Shown here one piece after another: positions 1-12,780 of a stretch of 64,000 bases of DNA. This stretch comes from Nageia nagi. Taxonomy: Eukaryota > Plantae > Pinophyta. Position numbers and translations under genes: made by a program. The DNA lies in NCBI GenBank assembly GCA_050084985.1, contig JBITNC010000002.1, positions 37,696,001 to 37,760,000 of the forward strand, in the 5' to 3' direction. Each line of letters starts with the position of its first letter. Positions within the stretch are counted from its first letter, which is position 1. The notes below the pieces were generated by a model, which did not search any database, was not told the DNA's origin, and saw nothing but the letters and a program-made list of their open reading frames with translations.

Positions 1-350
1 CAAAATGTGTTTTTAGAAACCATATGGGTCTTGCGTTGTATGGTACAATCATATGATTATACGATCATATGCATATTTTTCTTGTTTTTTTTTACATACA
101 TAACATCTCTTTTAATGATGAAATTTTGGTTTACAATGATGTCTACATAAATTGAACTACATGACACTTTATTATTCTCTAATAGCTGATGACTAAGACC
201 ATGAACTAAACGAAATTTATCTAACATATATCACGTGTTAGTGTGTAAGGTCACTATAACATATATTACATGTTGCATCTAGGATCACTACATTGTTGAT
301 TGCTTCAGTAAAAGTATCAAACTAGTGTCTTCTACAAGAAACTTGCTTTG

Positions 351-3300
351 TGTTGTGCCCGCACAACAGACCCGAGATGTAACAATTTGGGGACCCTATT
401 TTTGCAAAGGAAATGAGGTGCATTACCTTGAGATTGGCTTTTGGCGACGAATAGTTCATTCTGAAGAGTGCAAACATGATATCAGGGAGCGATTCAAGGA
501 GATCATGTGATAAAGACCCTAAAGAGTATCAGAGTATCTAGCCGCCAATTTTGCAGCCAAGGAGCTAGGATCTGAGAGCTATTGACAAAGCACGAATTTT
601 TGGCTCTAGAATGAGATCAGTAGAGATGGGGTTGTTTTGGGTCAATTTTGAGCCCAGAAAAGGCGAGCATAACCAAAAGGTGTGTTTTGGTCACTTTTGG
701 GCTTGGAAAGCTGGAAATGGTCAGTATCACAGAAAAGTGCGTTTTGGTCAATTTTGAGCCTGAAAGTGGTTAGTATGGTAAAAATGTGCATTTTTGCACA
801 ATTTGAGCCCGGAAAGTTTGGAAATGATGAAAATTGAGCTCAAAATGCTCGGATTGATCGTTTTTGCACATCTTGAGTACGGAAAGGCTAGAAATGTAGA
901 CTTCGAGCTCGGAAATGCAATGTTTGGGCCCGTAAAAGATGGGAAAGACCGGAAATGTACAGTATAGCCCGAAATGGACCAGGAAAGCAAGTTTGAGTGC
1001 CCTTGGGGGTAAAATAAAAAAATAAGCGTTTTGGCATCCGAGAAGCTTCGGGTTGAGCTCAAAAAAATGAGTTTTTTCAAAATGCTCGAAATGAAAATCC
1101 GAGAGAGAGGTGTGGTGCCAAATGACAAATTAAGTCCACTTTGCTATTGGAATTGTCGAAAAAACTCAAGTTTTTACCCCTGAAAAGTTAGGGGGGAGTT
1201 TTGCAAGTTTTCCCTTCACCAAATCTTGAAAATGTCCTAAAACCTTCAAAACCTGCGCCTACCTTTTGGGAGGCCCATATTGAGTCAAAAGTGGAATTTT
1301 TGAGCTTGGGAGCGTGGAGATTGTGATTCTATCAAATTGATCTTTCAAGTTTGCAATTTCGACGAGTTTTGCTCCTCCAAAAGTGAAAATAACAGGAAAA
1401 TGAGCAAAAAGGACAGCCAATAGGAATGCTTCAAAATTTCCAAAATTTCAAAATGTCAAAATGAAAATCTGAGAGAAAGGTGTGATGCCAAATCTAATTT
1501 TAACCACCTTTGCTCTTGAAATTTTTTAAAAAAAGTCAAAAAATACCCTCCTAAAAGCTAGGTGGCAGTATAGCCTCTTTTCCCTCGCTCAAATTTGGAA
1601 AATGGCCTAAAAGTCTCAAAACTTGCACCTACCCTTCTTGCACCCTAAAATGGAAAAAAATGGAATTTTTGATTCCCATGGGGTGTAGGATGGGATTTCA
1701 CACAAGTTTGATGATTTGAGTTTTCCAAAAAAATGAGATCTACTTCTTCAAATCATCAAAAATTTGATCAGCCAATGAGAGAGCTTCAAAATTTTCCAAA
1801 TTTTTCAAAGTTGGCCAAATCAAAAAAGAAGAAAGAGGTAGGATAGCAAATCCCAAATGGAGCAACATTGCCTCTTGCAATTTTGCAAAAAAATCAAATT
1901 TTGCCCCTCAAAAGCCTAGGTAGCAGGTTTGGGTGTTTTCCCTCATCTTCTCAAACTTCCAAACTTGCCCAAAAGTCCTAAAACCAAAGATGATCAAAAT
2001 TGGAGAGAAAGGTAGGGTGGCAAATCCAAAGATGATCAACATTGCCACTTGCAAGATTTCAAAAAACTCAAGATTTGCTTTCTAAAAAGTAAGGGGGGTG
2101 TTTTGAAAGTTTTGGGCCATTTCACCAAAGTTTCAAACATGCCCAAAACCTCCAAAACCTGTGCCAAGCTTCCTTGACCCCCAAAATTGCTCAAAGTTAA
2201 CATTTAACGCTTCCATGTGATAGGTGGTGTGATTCTACACCATTTTGATCTCTCACTTGTGCAATTTGGTCCATAAAAACTCCCCCAAACCATTTTTTTG
2301 GCTTCCAAATGGATTCAAGGGCTAAAAAACTCCAAAATCTTCTAAATTTTCCGAGGTTGGCCAAATCAAAAAAAGAAGAGAAAGGTAGGGTGGCAAATCC
2401 AAGGTTAAGCAACATTGCCTCTTGCAAGATTTCAAAAAAGTCAAGATTTGCCTTCCAAAAAGTTGGGGGGAGTTTTGAAAGTTTTGGGCCTTTTCACCAA
2501 AATTCTCAACTTGCCCAAAAGTCCCAAATCCTTCAAAACCTTCACCAAGCATCAAGAGGGCTTGAAATTTTTCAAAAGTGGAGTTTTGTGAGCCTCATGG
2601 GGTGTAAAATGATTTAAGTACCCATTTCCCTTGTGAAGAAAAGTGATTTGGATCCAAAAAAGTGAAGAAAAACACAAAAATTCTTAAGATTCAAGATCTA
2701 AAGGCTGAAAATATTCACTTTTTCAGAAAAAAATAAAAATGGAAAAAAATAAAAATTGGAGATCATGTGTAGAATAAGGATTCAAACACTTTGGCTTTTG
2801 AAATTTTTGAAAAAAGAGCAAAATCATGCCCATTATGCCTAGATGCTCATTTCCAAGTTTTCCCACCTTTGGCCTTTCTTTTCAACATTGGGAATGAGTA
2901 GAAAACTTCAGAAATGCAAAAACACCTTATGGAGCCTCTAAAATACCCCCTCATGAAAAAGCCCCAAATCCAATGCATAAAGCTCCAAATCCTCTCAAAA
3001 CTTCCCAAAAACCTTAAAATCCCATCCTTCATTCATCCATGGGGTCGAATCCACTTTTTAAAGTTTTTCCAAATTTTGAACCCCCTCAGCTTTTCCAAAA
3101 AATAGACCAAAAATTCACTTTTTTAGAAAATTTTCTCAAAATTTCCTGAAAATTTACCAGATTGATCACATCAAGGGCAAATCTAGATTGAAGAAAGAAA
3201 GAGCTCAAAAGATTGACGAACATATCCAAAACGGCGATTTGAAGCTCCAAATTTTGTCAAATTGATGCAAAATGCATCGAAATTTGTGCTAGAGGGCATC

Positions 3301-4477
3301 AATTTTTGTAAATATTTTATTTCAAGCATATTTTAGTGGGATGAGTATTGTTCTCCCACTAAAACGATATTGTAATCTCAATTTAGCATTTAGATTAGCA
3401 TTTTAGTGTTTTTCTAAAAATTAGGGCAACATTGGAAAATTTGACCTAATTTTGCCTACAAATAAGAGGCATGGGTCTCATTTTCGCTAGAGCTCACTTT
3501 GTGAAAAAAGTGAAACTTTTGTAAGAGAGGAGCAAATTGATGTATCCTTGCACAACTCTTTTACAAGTTAATACATAGTGGTTAAGGCAAAGATCAAGCT
3601 TGTTTATTTATTTGTGGTGTTGTGAATTATTTCTTAAGGATTATCATTGTTCGTTTGACACTTTTGCGTCCTTACTTTGAAAACTCGCGAGTTTTAGGGA
3701 ATGCATCATTGCTCTATCCTTTAAAGTGTTGGAAATCAGTTTTTGATAGGTGCTTGGTTCACAACATGCATGTAGATGAGGTATTCTGAATCTGTTTCCT
3801 GTTTTATGACATCAAACTAGAGATTTACATCCAAACTCTTGTTCTTCCCACGTTCTTCCACCACGTCCATTTGGTTGCATCGGTCTTGCTTGCAGAGTAC
3901 TGACAATCGACATTCCTACCCGATCCTCTTTGGAACAACTCGAACATAGTTGTTTTTCGCAAAGTTGGATGAATTGGATGAAATCCCTAAGCTGATCCGA
4001 AAAGGATGAACTTTTTAGACAATGCTTTATTGTGGTGGCCAGTTTGGTATCTAACCAAGTATCTGTTTCTGTTTCACAAGTGTAGTCTTTCACTTTCCAG
4101 TATTTTATTTATGCTTTCAGACCCAAATACAATCGTTAAATACACACAGATATTTTGAATAAACTCTATACATCAAATAAAACAACATTGGTTAACAGAT
4201 TGCTACCTCTCATTCCATTCCATTGAGGCTGATTCCAAAGAGGGATACCGCACTTTCTTTTATCTATCCCTATTCCAGAAACACGCTTGGCGGGTATACC
4301 TACAACGTCATAACGTTGGGTCGCTGAGTAAGGCGTTTTGACAAGAGCCTTGGAGGTATAAAGTCCTTTTCAACCGGGGGAATTGGTAACGCTTTCCCGA
4401 CTATGTTGCTTGGGATCTTCTAAGTTCCATGCGTGATCTGTAGAGGGTCTACCCTGGGAAAGAAAAGCATCCCAACA
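351..4477 (+). mobile_element. Large solo LTR (4.1 kb), probably Ty3/gypsy Tat/Ogre-type
   Basis: Termini TGTTG...CAACA with a 5-bp TSD CTTTG (346-350, 4478-4482). No gag/pol inside. TATA-like motif near 3457. Homologous to 26970-30808. The clade is inferred from LTR size only. Confidence 0.85.
1095..2780 (+). repeat. Degenerate tandem array (~365-bp units) inside the solo LTR
   Basis: Motif like AAAGGTAGGGTGGCAAATCC...CATTGCCTCTTGCAA recurs near 1105, 1475, 1834, 2009 and 2383. Confidence 0.7.
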
Positions 4478-6269
4478 CTTTGCTTCATATTTGTTTGTCC
4501 ACTCACTGAACTACAGGCTTGTGAGAGACTTGTTATGGTGTAAAGACATCAAGAATTGTTAAGAATGGAACTCATCACTTCGCCTATTGAAGAAAGCAAT
4601 TTTCTATCCAAGAATAGCTCAGTTCATCTGTTATGCCTATTTTGTGTAATGGTTTACAACACCAACTCAGCAAGACAAGTTCCTGGTTTTCCAAATTCTC
4701 ACTAAGTTTCTTAATTATAGATGAACTTAGCTGACACTGGAAAAACTTGATTTTACACACACGCATGCATACATGTGCATGTAAAGCTTTTGTAAAATCA
4801 GTTGATTTTCTTATCATTTTCACACAGGCCATGGTTCAGGCTTTTTCAGGTTCTAAAGTTGGGGACCGTCCTGTAAGGCATTTTTTTCCTTGATATATTG
4901 CACAGACTCATAGCAATTCTTAAATCATGATTGTTATTGGCAGTTAGAATTAGACCTAACCCACTCTGTCCTGACAGAAAAACATGAGTTTCTTCATTGG
5001 TAAAGTTGGGAAAAAGTCCTTGCACCACTGGACAGTCCACTGTTTGTTTCATCAGATCATTTCTTAGTTTTTAAATTATACATTGATAATAAATAAATCT
5101 GCCATCAGATGTGGATATAATAAGGAATTTCCACAGTTGTTTCTGTTGGAAGGATTCCTTGTTAGCATAAGTATTAAGGCAATATCAAGCCTCTTGTGGT
5201 TATGAAGTCTCAGTTTGCAATGCTGAATTAATCTCCTAATGGGATTTAGTCATATTCTTTCAAGAGCCCATTTTGTTGGGTAGCCATTACACACTGGCTT
5301 TGTGAATAATACCTTCTTACAATGGGAGTTCTATTTCTTTGTTTGGGCAAAGAAAGCTGAGATTCTGAAGTAAACTAATTGCTTACTTTAGCTTAATTCT
5401 CACAATTTCTTGTCACTTCTGGAGTCTGATTTTGGTGATTCAGAAAATGATAGCCTCTAATCAGGTTTGATTATTAGTCCTTTGGTTCTTGAATCCTTGA
5501 TCCATACTGCTTGCTTGACACATGCAAATAATAGAGTTAAAGGTAAAACAAGAAATAGCAGAAATTAGTGTTATGTACAGTTAATAGGACCTGTGTGTGC
5601 GGATAAGGGTAAAATTCAAGCAAACTTCAATTCTGGTAATAATTTTTATTTCGAAATTTGAATTAATATCCAAGTATATTTCAAATTCATTCAAAATTTA
5701 AAGGGTACTTGCATGGCATTTTTGTGATTGGAAGAATAGTTTTGTAGTGTTCTTGTATGCTTACTATTTGAGGTGAAAGCATGTTTTCATAGTAAGAGCC
5801 TATTGGCTTGATATTGCCTGCATAAATTGGAAGGCAAAAAATGTGTCTGTAGGATAGTTATAATCCTTAATTAATCCAGGAAAAGTTATGAGCTGGACTA
5901 TGAAAAATATTTTCAGCCATAGTGTTCTGTGTGGTCTGCAGAATTAAGTTTTCCATGCTGGAAGACTATGAAACTAGTGAATTTAGGACATTTAAAGTGT
6001 TGGAATAGTATATTTTTCTATGTTATTGTAGAAGGACATGCTCTACCTGTAATTACATGAATTCTTTTGGTTCAACATATACAGTTTCCATTTGATTTAT
6101 GGGTGGCATCCTTTTGAAATGCTTATGATGCTGAAAGAAAACACAACTTTTATGTTAAACGTTTTTTTTTGTATTATGTGGAATCAGGCAGCAGAAAGAA
6201 ACAACCAAGTAAGCAACAGATCATCAGACACCCACACATTTTATTGTTTGCTGCTTTATTCCCTCAGTA

Positions 6270-6545
6270 ATGCCTATGGAAACGCTGGGACAGCTGATAA
6301 GTAACATATCCTATTCAATTCAATTACTTAGCTCACTGGCAGAGAAAGCAAGGTTCAATCGGTCAAATTGTAGTAACTTGGTTTGTCTGTTGAATCTCTT
6401 GAAACCTCTTTGTGATGAAATTGAGAAATCGAGTATAGTAATTACTGGACCTGTTTTAAGATCACTTGAAGCACTAGATGCAGCCTTGGACAAAGCAACG
6501 GAACTTATGGAGAGATGTGGTACAAAAAGCAGCAAAATTTACATG
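6270..6545 (+). CDS. PUB4: PUB4-like U-box/ARM E3 ligase, coding exon 1 (N-terminal UND region)
   Basis: MPMETLGQ...LLKPLCDEI...LEALDAALDKATELMERC...SKIYM, then the GTACGT donor at 6546 (phase 0). Resembles the N-terminus of class II PUB proteins. Confidence 0.85.
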
Positions 6546-6699
6546 GTACGTTAAGATGGTTGTTATTTGTTGTATGGCCCTTTTGAAGTATTCTACTTGA
6601 AAGTTTCTCTTTTGTTTTGTTTGCTTGAATGATTGGAGCATAAATATTCAACCAAAGAGCAATAGATTTCTTTAGAAATGCTGACCATTTTTTTGTTTG

Positions 6700-6830
6700 A
6701 AAGACAAAGAAAGTATATTAATGTCTTTGGGTGACCAAAAGCGGTCAATGGGACTAGCATGTACAAGCATGGTCAGGAAGCCAACAAAATGCCTACTGGG
6801 CCTCTCCTAAAAAAGGCATTAAAAAATAAC
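6700..6830 (-). mobile_element. 3' end fragment of an RTEX-like LINE family
   Basis: The reverse complement reads GCTAGTCCCATTGACCGCTTTTGG...GACATTAATATAC, matching the 3' ends at about 10250-10295 and 15905-15950. Confidence 0.65.
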
Positions 6831-6836
6831 ATAAGC

Positions 6837-7165
6837 AAATACATACGTACAAAAATGATCCAACCCTAAATAAAGGGAGATACATAATCTAAGACGGTCA
6901 GAGAAAATGCAGCCTATATTATTTAAGATGCGAAGAATATTACAATCTCTAAACATATGATAAGCATGGCAAATCTATAAAATTGAATGCAAGGAAAAAA
7001 AAATACATCCATACAAAAATGATCCAGCCCTAAATAAAGAGAAATACATAATCTATGACTTTCAGAGACAATGCATCTTATATTATTTAAGATGCAAAGA
7101 ATATTACAATCTCTAAACATATGATAAGCATGGCAAATCTATAAAATTGAATGCAAGAAAAAAAT
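6837..7165. repeat. Tandem duplication, ~165-bp unit x2
   Basis: AATACAT...AAAAATGATCC...GCAAATCTATAAAATTGAATGCAAG is repeated directly. Confidence 0.8.
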
Positions 7166-8779
7166 AAAGCCTAAGATCTTATTGCTGATTGTATTATATA
7201 ACACGAATATATGGATAAGAATATTTGCAAGATAGTTTTTTTTTTTTTAATTTTCTCCAAATTCTGCTTCTTTGATCTCTCTTTTATTTGTTTTTTGTAT
7301 AGGATAAGTGTTGTAGGACAACAATGTGCATTAGTTGCTCACTCTTTCTTATGATGGCAGTGACAGAAAAGAATCATACCTTTGGTGGTTCTTGTGCACA
7401 TTGGAACTTAGAAATGTAACTTGTAGAAACAGAGGAATGAGACCTTGTGATAGAAACGTTGTAAAATGTAACACCTGTTCATGAAAAGAGAGTAATAGAT
7501 AACCAGTTTCTTGGATTAATAGATGTCAAACTGGAAACTGCTTAGCCAGTTCTTAAAGGAAAGAGCTATAAGTCCTTACTCTTTCCATATGCATTTCATG
7601 CATTGCTTACAAGAAGACAAGTTTCAAATTGTTTGATTAACATATTAGAAAGGAAAAATTATAACTTTACTTGTTCCAGATGCATTTCATGCATTATTTA
7701 TAACAATACAGGTTTCAAGAAGTAGTTTGATGAACATGTTTCAGATCAGTCATGAATTGCAGATCTGGTTGAAGTTATGAGGGTAACAACTGCATCTTTT
7801 ATTTTTGTACTTTCTAGCATTTAAGAACTCATGGATCCTGAGGGGATTCAGGTGTGGTAAACGTTCAGCATTGCTTTACAACTCCTCTGAACTTCTTCTT
7901 AATTAGCCGTGTCATTTACTTTATTCAAGTTATTCCTTAACATAGGTAAGAAGTTGGTGTTAAGGTTGTCATAATTTTGATTTGTTCACTGTAGCAGCTG
8001 TTTAATTATTCTCAAGGAGGGGAATTAAGATTTGATGAGTTTTTGATGGCTTTCATATCCCTGTCTTTATAAATTAGATCTTTGCATTGAGGGTTTTGGT
8101 CTATTAAGTGACATTTTTTATAAATATTATATACACTTTTTGGTCTATTAAGTGACACTATAATAAAAAAAACGGATCACATCATCCATAATAAAGTCTA
8201 CACATAAAAACATTAAAAACACCATAACCCAGGAGTCTACTTTGCTTTGGGAGGCGAACCTGCCTGGGTGGCACCTCGATCATATGCGTCCACTTGTTGG
8301 CAGGAATTGAATGAAGATCCCATCCATCACCTTTACGTCATTCATCATTAATATCTGACATGTTGCCCCCATCCACGTGCAAGAGAGGAGTGGTTTGTCG
8401 GAATAGCCCATCCATCATTTGCCTTATTTGAAGTATCATTAATTGTTTGCACTCCCCATCCAATGGGTGTGCCTGAGGAACTGGGTAGTGCATCCCATCC
8501 TTCATGCTATCTGGACGAGCTAGCATTTGAATCTTACAGTTTTCGTTGCACCAACAAAAGGCTGTGACCAATGGAGGCCACTAGATTAAGAGTGAGCTTG
8601 CGACGAGGGGCGTCGGCAAGACCTCAATTGGGATCTGGATTGGGTTGGGTGTCCTGCTGAGGAATGTTTGGAGGAACACGACTAATGGAGCATGGGGTAT
8701 TACCCCAATATTATAGCAATTCACGCAAGTGGTGTTGCTCCATCTTCACCTTGGCAGCTTGAGCGCAAATATGAAACTA

Positions 8780-10312
8780 GGTATCATGAAACACCTCTAT
8801 CACCTTCAAAGATGATATCATAGAGTTCACCACCTCTTACACATACTTGGGTGTCCTCTTCTCAGACCCTAGATTTTCTATGAGAAGAGCGAGCCCACCT
8901 AGAGTCAATCGAGGGTATGCGACGATCACCACCCTGGAGAGACAATGCATACAACTTCACTTCCAAGATATCCAGTCCAAATTACAACTCATCCACACTA
9001 CAGTCACCCCCATGGTACTTTATGGGATAGAGGTTTGGGGGCTCAACCTGAGAGCAGCGGATTGGACTTCGATTGAGAGGTTCTTGGTTAGCACATTGTC
9101 TTGCTCCATTTAGAGTAAATGATCGGTTCCCCACACTATCATGCTTGCGGAGTTTGATTGTTAGCCTCTTCAAGTGTGGGCCTTAGCCTACATAGTCCTC
9201 TTTCTTCATCACTTACGTCGCCTCTTTGATCGTTCGGGAGACATAGTAGCGCAGGGTTGTCAGAGATGTTGATTTGCTGAGATTAGTGAGATACTTAGGA
9301 GATTTGGTGTCTTTCTGGATACACTTCTCATTCCTCTAGGGAACGCTACCATTTCTCCAGCAGACTCCTTATCAAATATCCGTAAGTCCATGTACAGGGT
9401 CTTTATTCAAATGAATTGGGTCTCCCTCTCTCAGCCACTATCGCCAAAGTTGGCACACTATGCACAACAGTGTCTTCAGATTGAAAATGAGTTGATCCTC
9501 CCATCGGGTTATTCCACTCTCCATCTTCCCCCGGATTGAGGATATGCTTGGGCCAGTTTTGGGTTTGTTCCCACCAGCTAAGGATTAAGCAGGTCATCAT
9601 TTAGCCTGTGATGCGTGTGTTTGTTGCCTCTGTTCGCTTGAGTCCGAGTTCGAGGACCACTTCATTTTTCGATGCTCAATTTACTATGAGATTCGAGGTT
9701 GATACTACTGTCTCTTTTGGGATTCCTACGAATTGTTGCCCACTTTTTTCTGGTACACTGACCAAAGGTGTTTGGTTCTCTACCTGCGGCAATCCCTCCT
9801 CCTATAGAAGCATCTTTTATCGTGTTCTTGGTAGCCAACAGGAGATTGTCACATTCTGTCCTATTTCCGAGTCTCTACAGAAGATGGTATTTGTAGACGT
9901 CCATGAGACGAGCCCCCACTTCATACACACTGCACTAGGAGGCTCCTTCTTGCTATTTAGGCATTGTTGAGGACACGACATATTGCATCCTTCTTCACTT
10001 TTGGTAGCGAGTCTCCAGGCAAGACCCTCACAAATAAGAGAGACCTGTCCCTAGTGGAAAGTGCACCTTCAGGCCCCCTTTCTGCTAAGATCTGAGATGG
10101 CCTCTCTTGATTGTCATTTTGTTCATCTTTCCCTCAATAGGAATTGATTCTTTTTGCTCCAGATGTACTTTTGTTTACATTTTTTCTATTTGTTTTTCTT
10201 AGGTTTGGGCTCGTTAGGGGCTTCAGTGGTTCATACCACATGATTGTTTGCTAGTCCCATTGACTGCTTTTGGCCATATATGGACATTAATATAATTTCT
10301 TTCTTTCTTTCT
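8780..10312 (+). mobile_element. 5'-truncated degenerate LINE (RTEX-like): ORF2 C-terminus and 3'UTR
   Basis: YTYLGVLF, VTPMVLYGIEVWG and SHQLRI motifs, a CX2CX8HX4C knuckle (CCLCSLESEFEDHFIFRC near 9620-9675) and a (TTTC)n tail. Confidence 0.7.
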
Positions 10313-10329
10313 ATCTCGTTAGCAATAGT

Positions 10330-12780
10330 AAACTCATAAGATGTTTCAAACTGTTTAAAAATAATTCTATTTTAGGTCTTCCAAATATGGAAAAGAAGGC
10401 TAATTCTAAAAATATGCCAAATTGCTTGAAGACGGAGAAGCATAGCACAAGAAATGCCTAACAAGGCATGCTGCCAAGAACAACTTGTCGTAAAGGGGAA
10501 AAAAGGAAAGAACCCACTCTCATGCAAGCCTAGCTTGTTTACAGAACTACAACAAGTGGAGGGTTGATTCTTCCTCATTACAAAAAGCACACCTAAGGTC
10601 GGGGACACGTACATGTTTTAGTCTACTCCCAAGAAGAAGACTTTGGTGAACAAGATTCCAAGCAAAAAAAGAATACTTAGGCTCAAGATAAGAAGACCGA
10701 ATAGAAAAAAAGCAAGCTTTCCATCTGGTTTCAGTAGAGAGATTAAATTCCATTTGATGTTAAGTTGTGAAACCATATGCAACATAGGAGAAAGCCATAA
10801 GTAACCAAGATTGGCCTTGTAATTAATGAACAAAGTTTTCACATGCCAATTCCAATCCTTTCACCATGGTTTCTGGGTCCTGACTCCAATTTTATGAAGT
10901 ATGGAGAAAGGAGTAATTTCAATAATTGTATCATATGTTATCTTGTTTGTATTGTTCAACTTGAAAGTACGTTTAAACATTTGTCATAGAATCTAATCCC
11001 GAGTAGCCTTTGTAAAGAAGTCAACAATTGAGCAAATGTCTCGTTTAAAAACTTTCAGGGCATGAATCCATTGAGTCTGAGCAAGAAGGGAGCCTTGTAG
11101 AGTGATAACCGAAGACCACCATAAATTGAGAGAATTTATGGAATGTCCTTTATGGAAATCACTATCATTCCATCTTAACCAAGGTGTGAGTTGCTGCCAA
11201 GCTTTCCAGATACTTTAAATAACAAACGAACTAGGGATTTTGACAAACACTCATGTGACAATCAAAGAAGGAAAGTCTATTCCTTTCCAATCCTATTTGT
11301 TAAGCGATAACCCGGACGAAATGAAATATCTAATTAAAACTTTCCAAGGTTCAGAACCTTGTACTGCTCGGATTATCTATTTGGTGCAAAGAGCAGTGCC
11401 TTGTCTCTTGCAATCAAACATTCCTATGCCCCGCAAACTCTTTAGGGAGACAATTTTCCCAAACAACTCTGTAAAAACCCTTGCAGTTTGAAGAGTTAGC
11501 CCATAAGAAATCTCGCAAGAGCTTGTCTAATTTATTGTAACGAAGGCACTCAACAAGAGGAATAATAAACATGGGTGGAGCCATGGAGGCAAGGACTTTG
11601 GAGCATATTTGGAGCTTCTCCATGAGGGAAAGTTTGTTTAAAGTCCAATATTCCAATTTCTTCTCCACTTTTTGCACAGAAAAGGTCCAAATCTGTGAGG
11701 GAGTTCCTTGGAAGGCAAAGGGAATGCACAGGAATTTAAACATTTCCCTCGGCTGGATCCAATGCCACTGAAAACCTTCCAGCCATGGCGGTATGACAAA
11801 GGGTGATTGCCTAAAGCAAGAAGTTTTTCGCTATTGATTGCTAGGACCAAAATCTTTGTAGAAGACATCAACACAAGCCAAAGCCTCTGAAAGAGATTGC
11901 TCATCCTCTTGAATTGTTAGAAACAAATCATCAACAAAGTGGCAATTGATGAGTTGCCCTTGATTCTGAGGGAGGGAAATGCCCCAAATTCTGCCAAGGG
12001 ATGCTTGTTTGGCTAACAAATAACCAAATGCTTCAGCAGCAAGGACATACAACGAGGGTGCAACTGGGCAACCTTGTCAGACAATTTTTTTTTTTGATAT
12101 ACAAGAGGTGTCAGCCGGAGCCACTAATCCTCTCGGAGCCGTAATCCTGCCCACTAATCACATGACTCAGGGTAAATCATGGGTTCTTTCCCCGGGTGGG
12201 ACTTTTTACATGAGGATTTTTATCCAGGCCCCACGAACCAGTCACAATACAGCCGAAATGCGTCCAAACTGCAGCCATGTAATTCCACCAGGGATCCATC
12301 AAGGGGATTCGAACTTGTGACCTCCTCCCGTCGATTTGAATCACTTTGCCACCATGGTGTCCCCTTGGGGATGACCTTGTCGGACAAATTTGTAGAGCCC
12401 AATTGCCACTGATTGGAAGTTATTTATAGAAAGAATTGCAGAGGCATCTTGAAAAAGCATTTTAACAGTTGGAACAAACTGAGAGCCAAATCCCAGATCC
12501 TGAAGCATGGAGAGAATAAAAACCATTCAGGCTTTTTCAAAGTCTATTTTGATGAAAAGCGCATGTTGTTTTGACATTTTGGCCCATTTAATTCCCTTCC
12601 GGATTGCCAAGACATTATCCAGAATATAGCGACCTTGAATGAAGATAGTTTGTTCAGGTCTAAGAATAAAAGGTAAAGAGCCTCAAAGCCAAAGTTTTGG
12701 CAATAATCTTATGATTGACATTCAAAAGAGTGATTGGTCTCCAATTAGTGATGATTTCCGGATCCCCTTCGTTGGGAATA
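10330..12780 (-). mobile_element. Degenerate L1-type LINE ORF2 fragment
   Basis: GRYILDNVL, IKIDFEKA, VRQG/CPVAPSLYVLAAEA and HFVDD RT motifs, plus the zinc knuckle CAFCNEEESTLHLL. Frameshifts and stops throughout. Confidence 0.85.
12085..12373 (-). mobile_element. tRNA-derived SINE inserted in the L1 RT
   Basis: A-box TGGCAAAGTGA (12341-12351 rc), B-box GTTCGAATCC (12305-12314 rc), an A11 tail and a 14-bp TSD ACCTTGTC(A/G)GACAA (12071-12084, 12374-12387). Confidence 0.9.

Noticed and set aside
325-3105. Short ORFs here and at 26945-29820
   Set aside because: They lie in LTR tandem arrays, are low-complexity and carry no domains.
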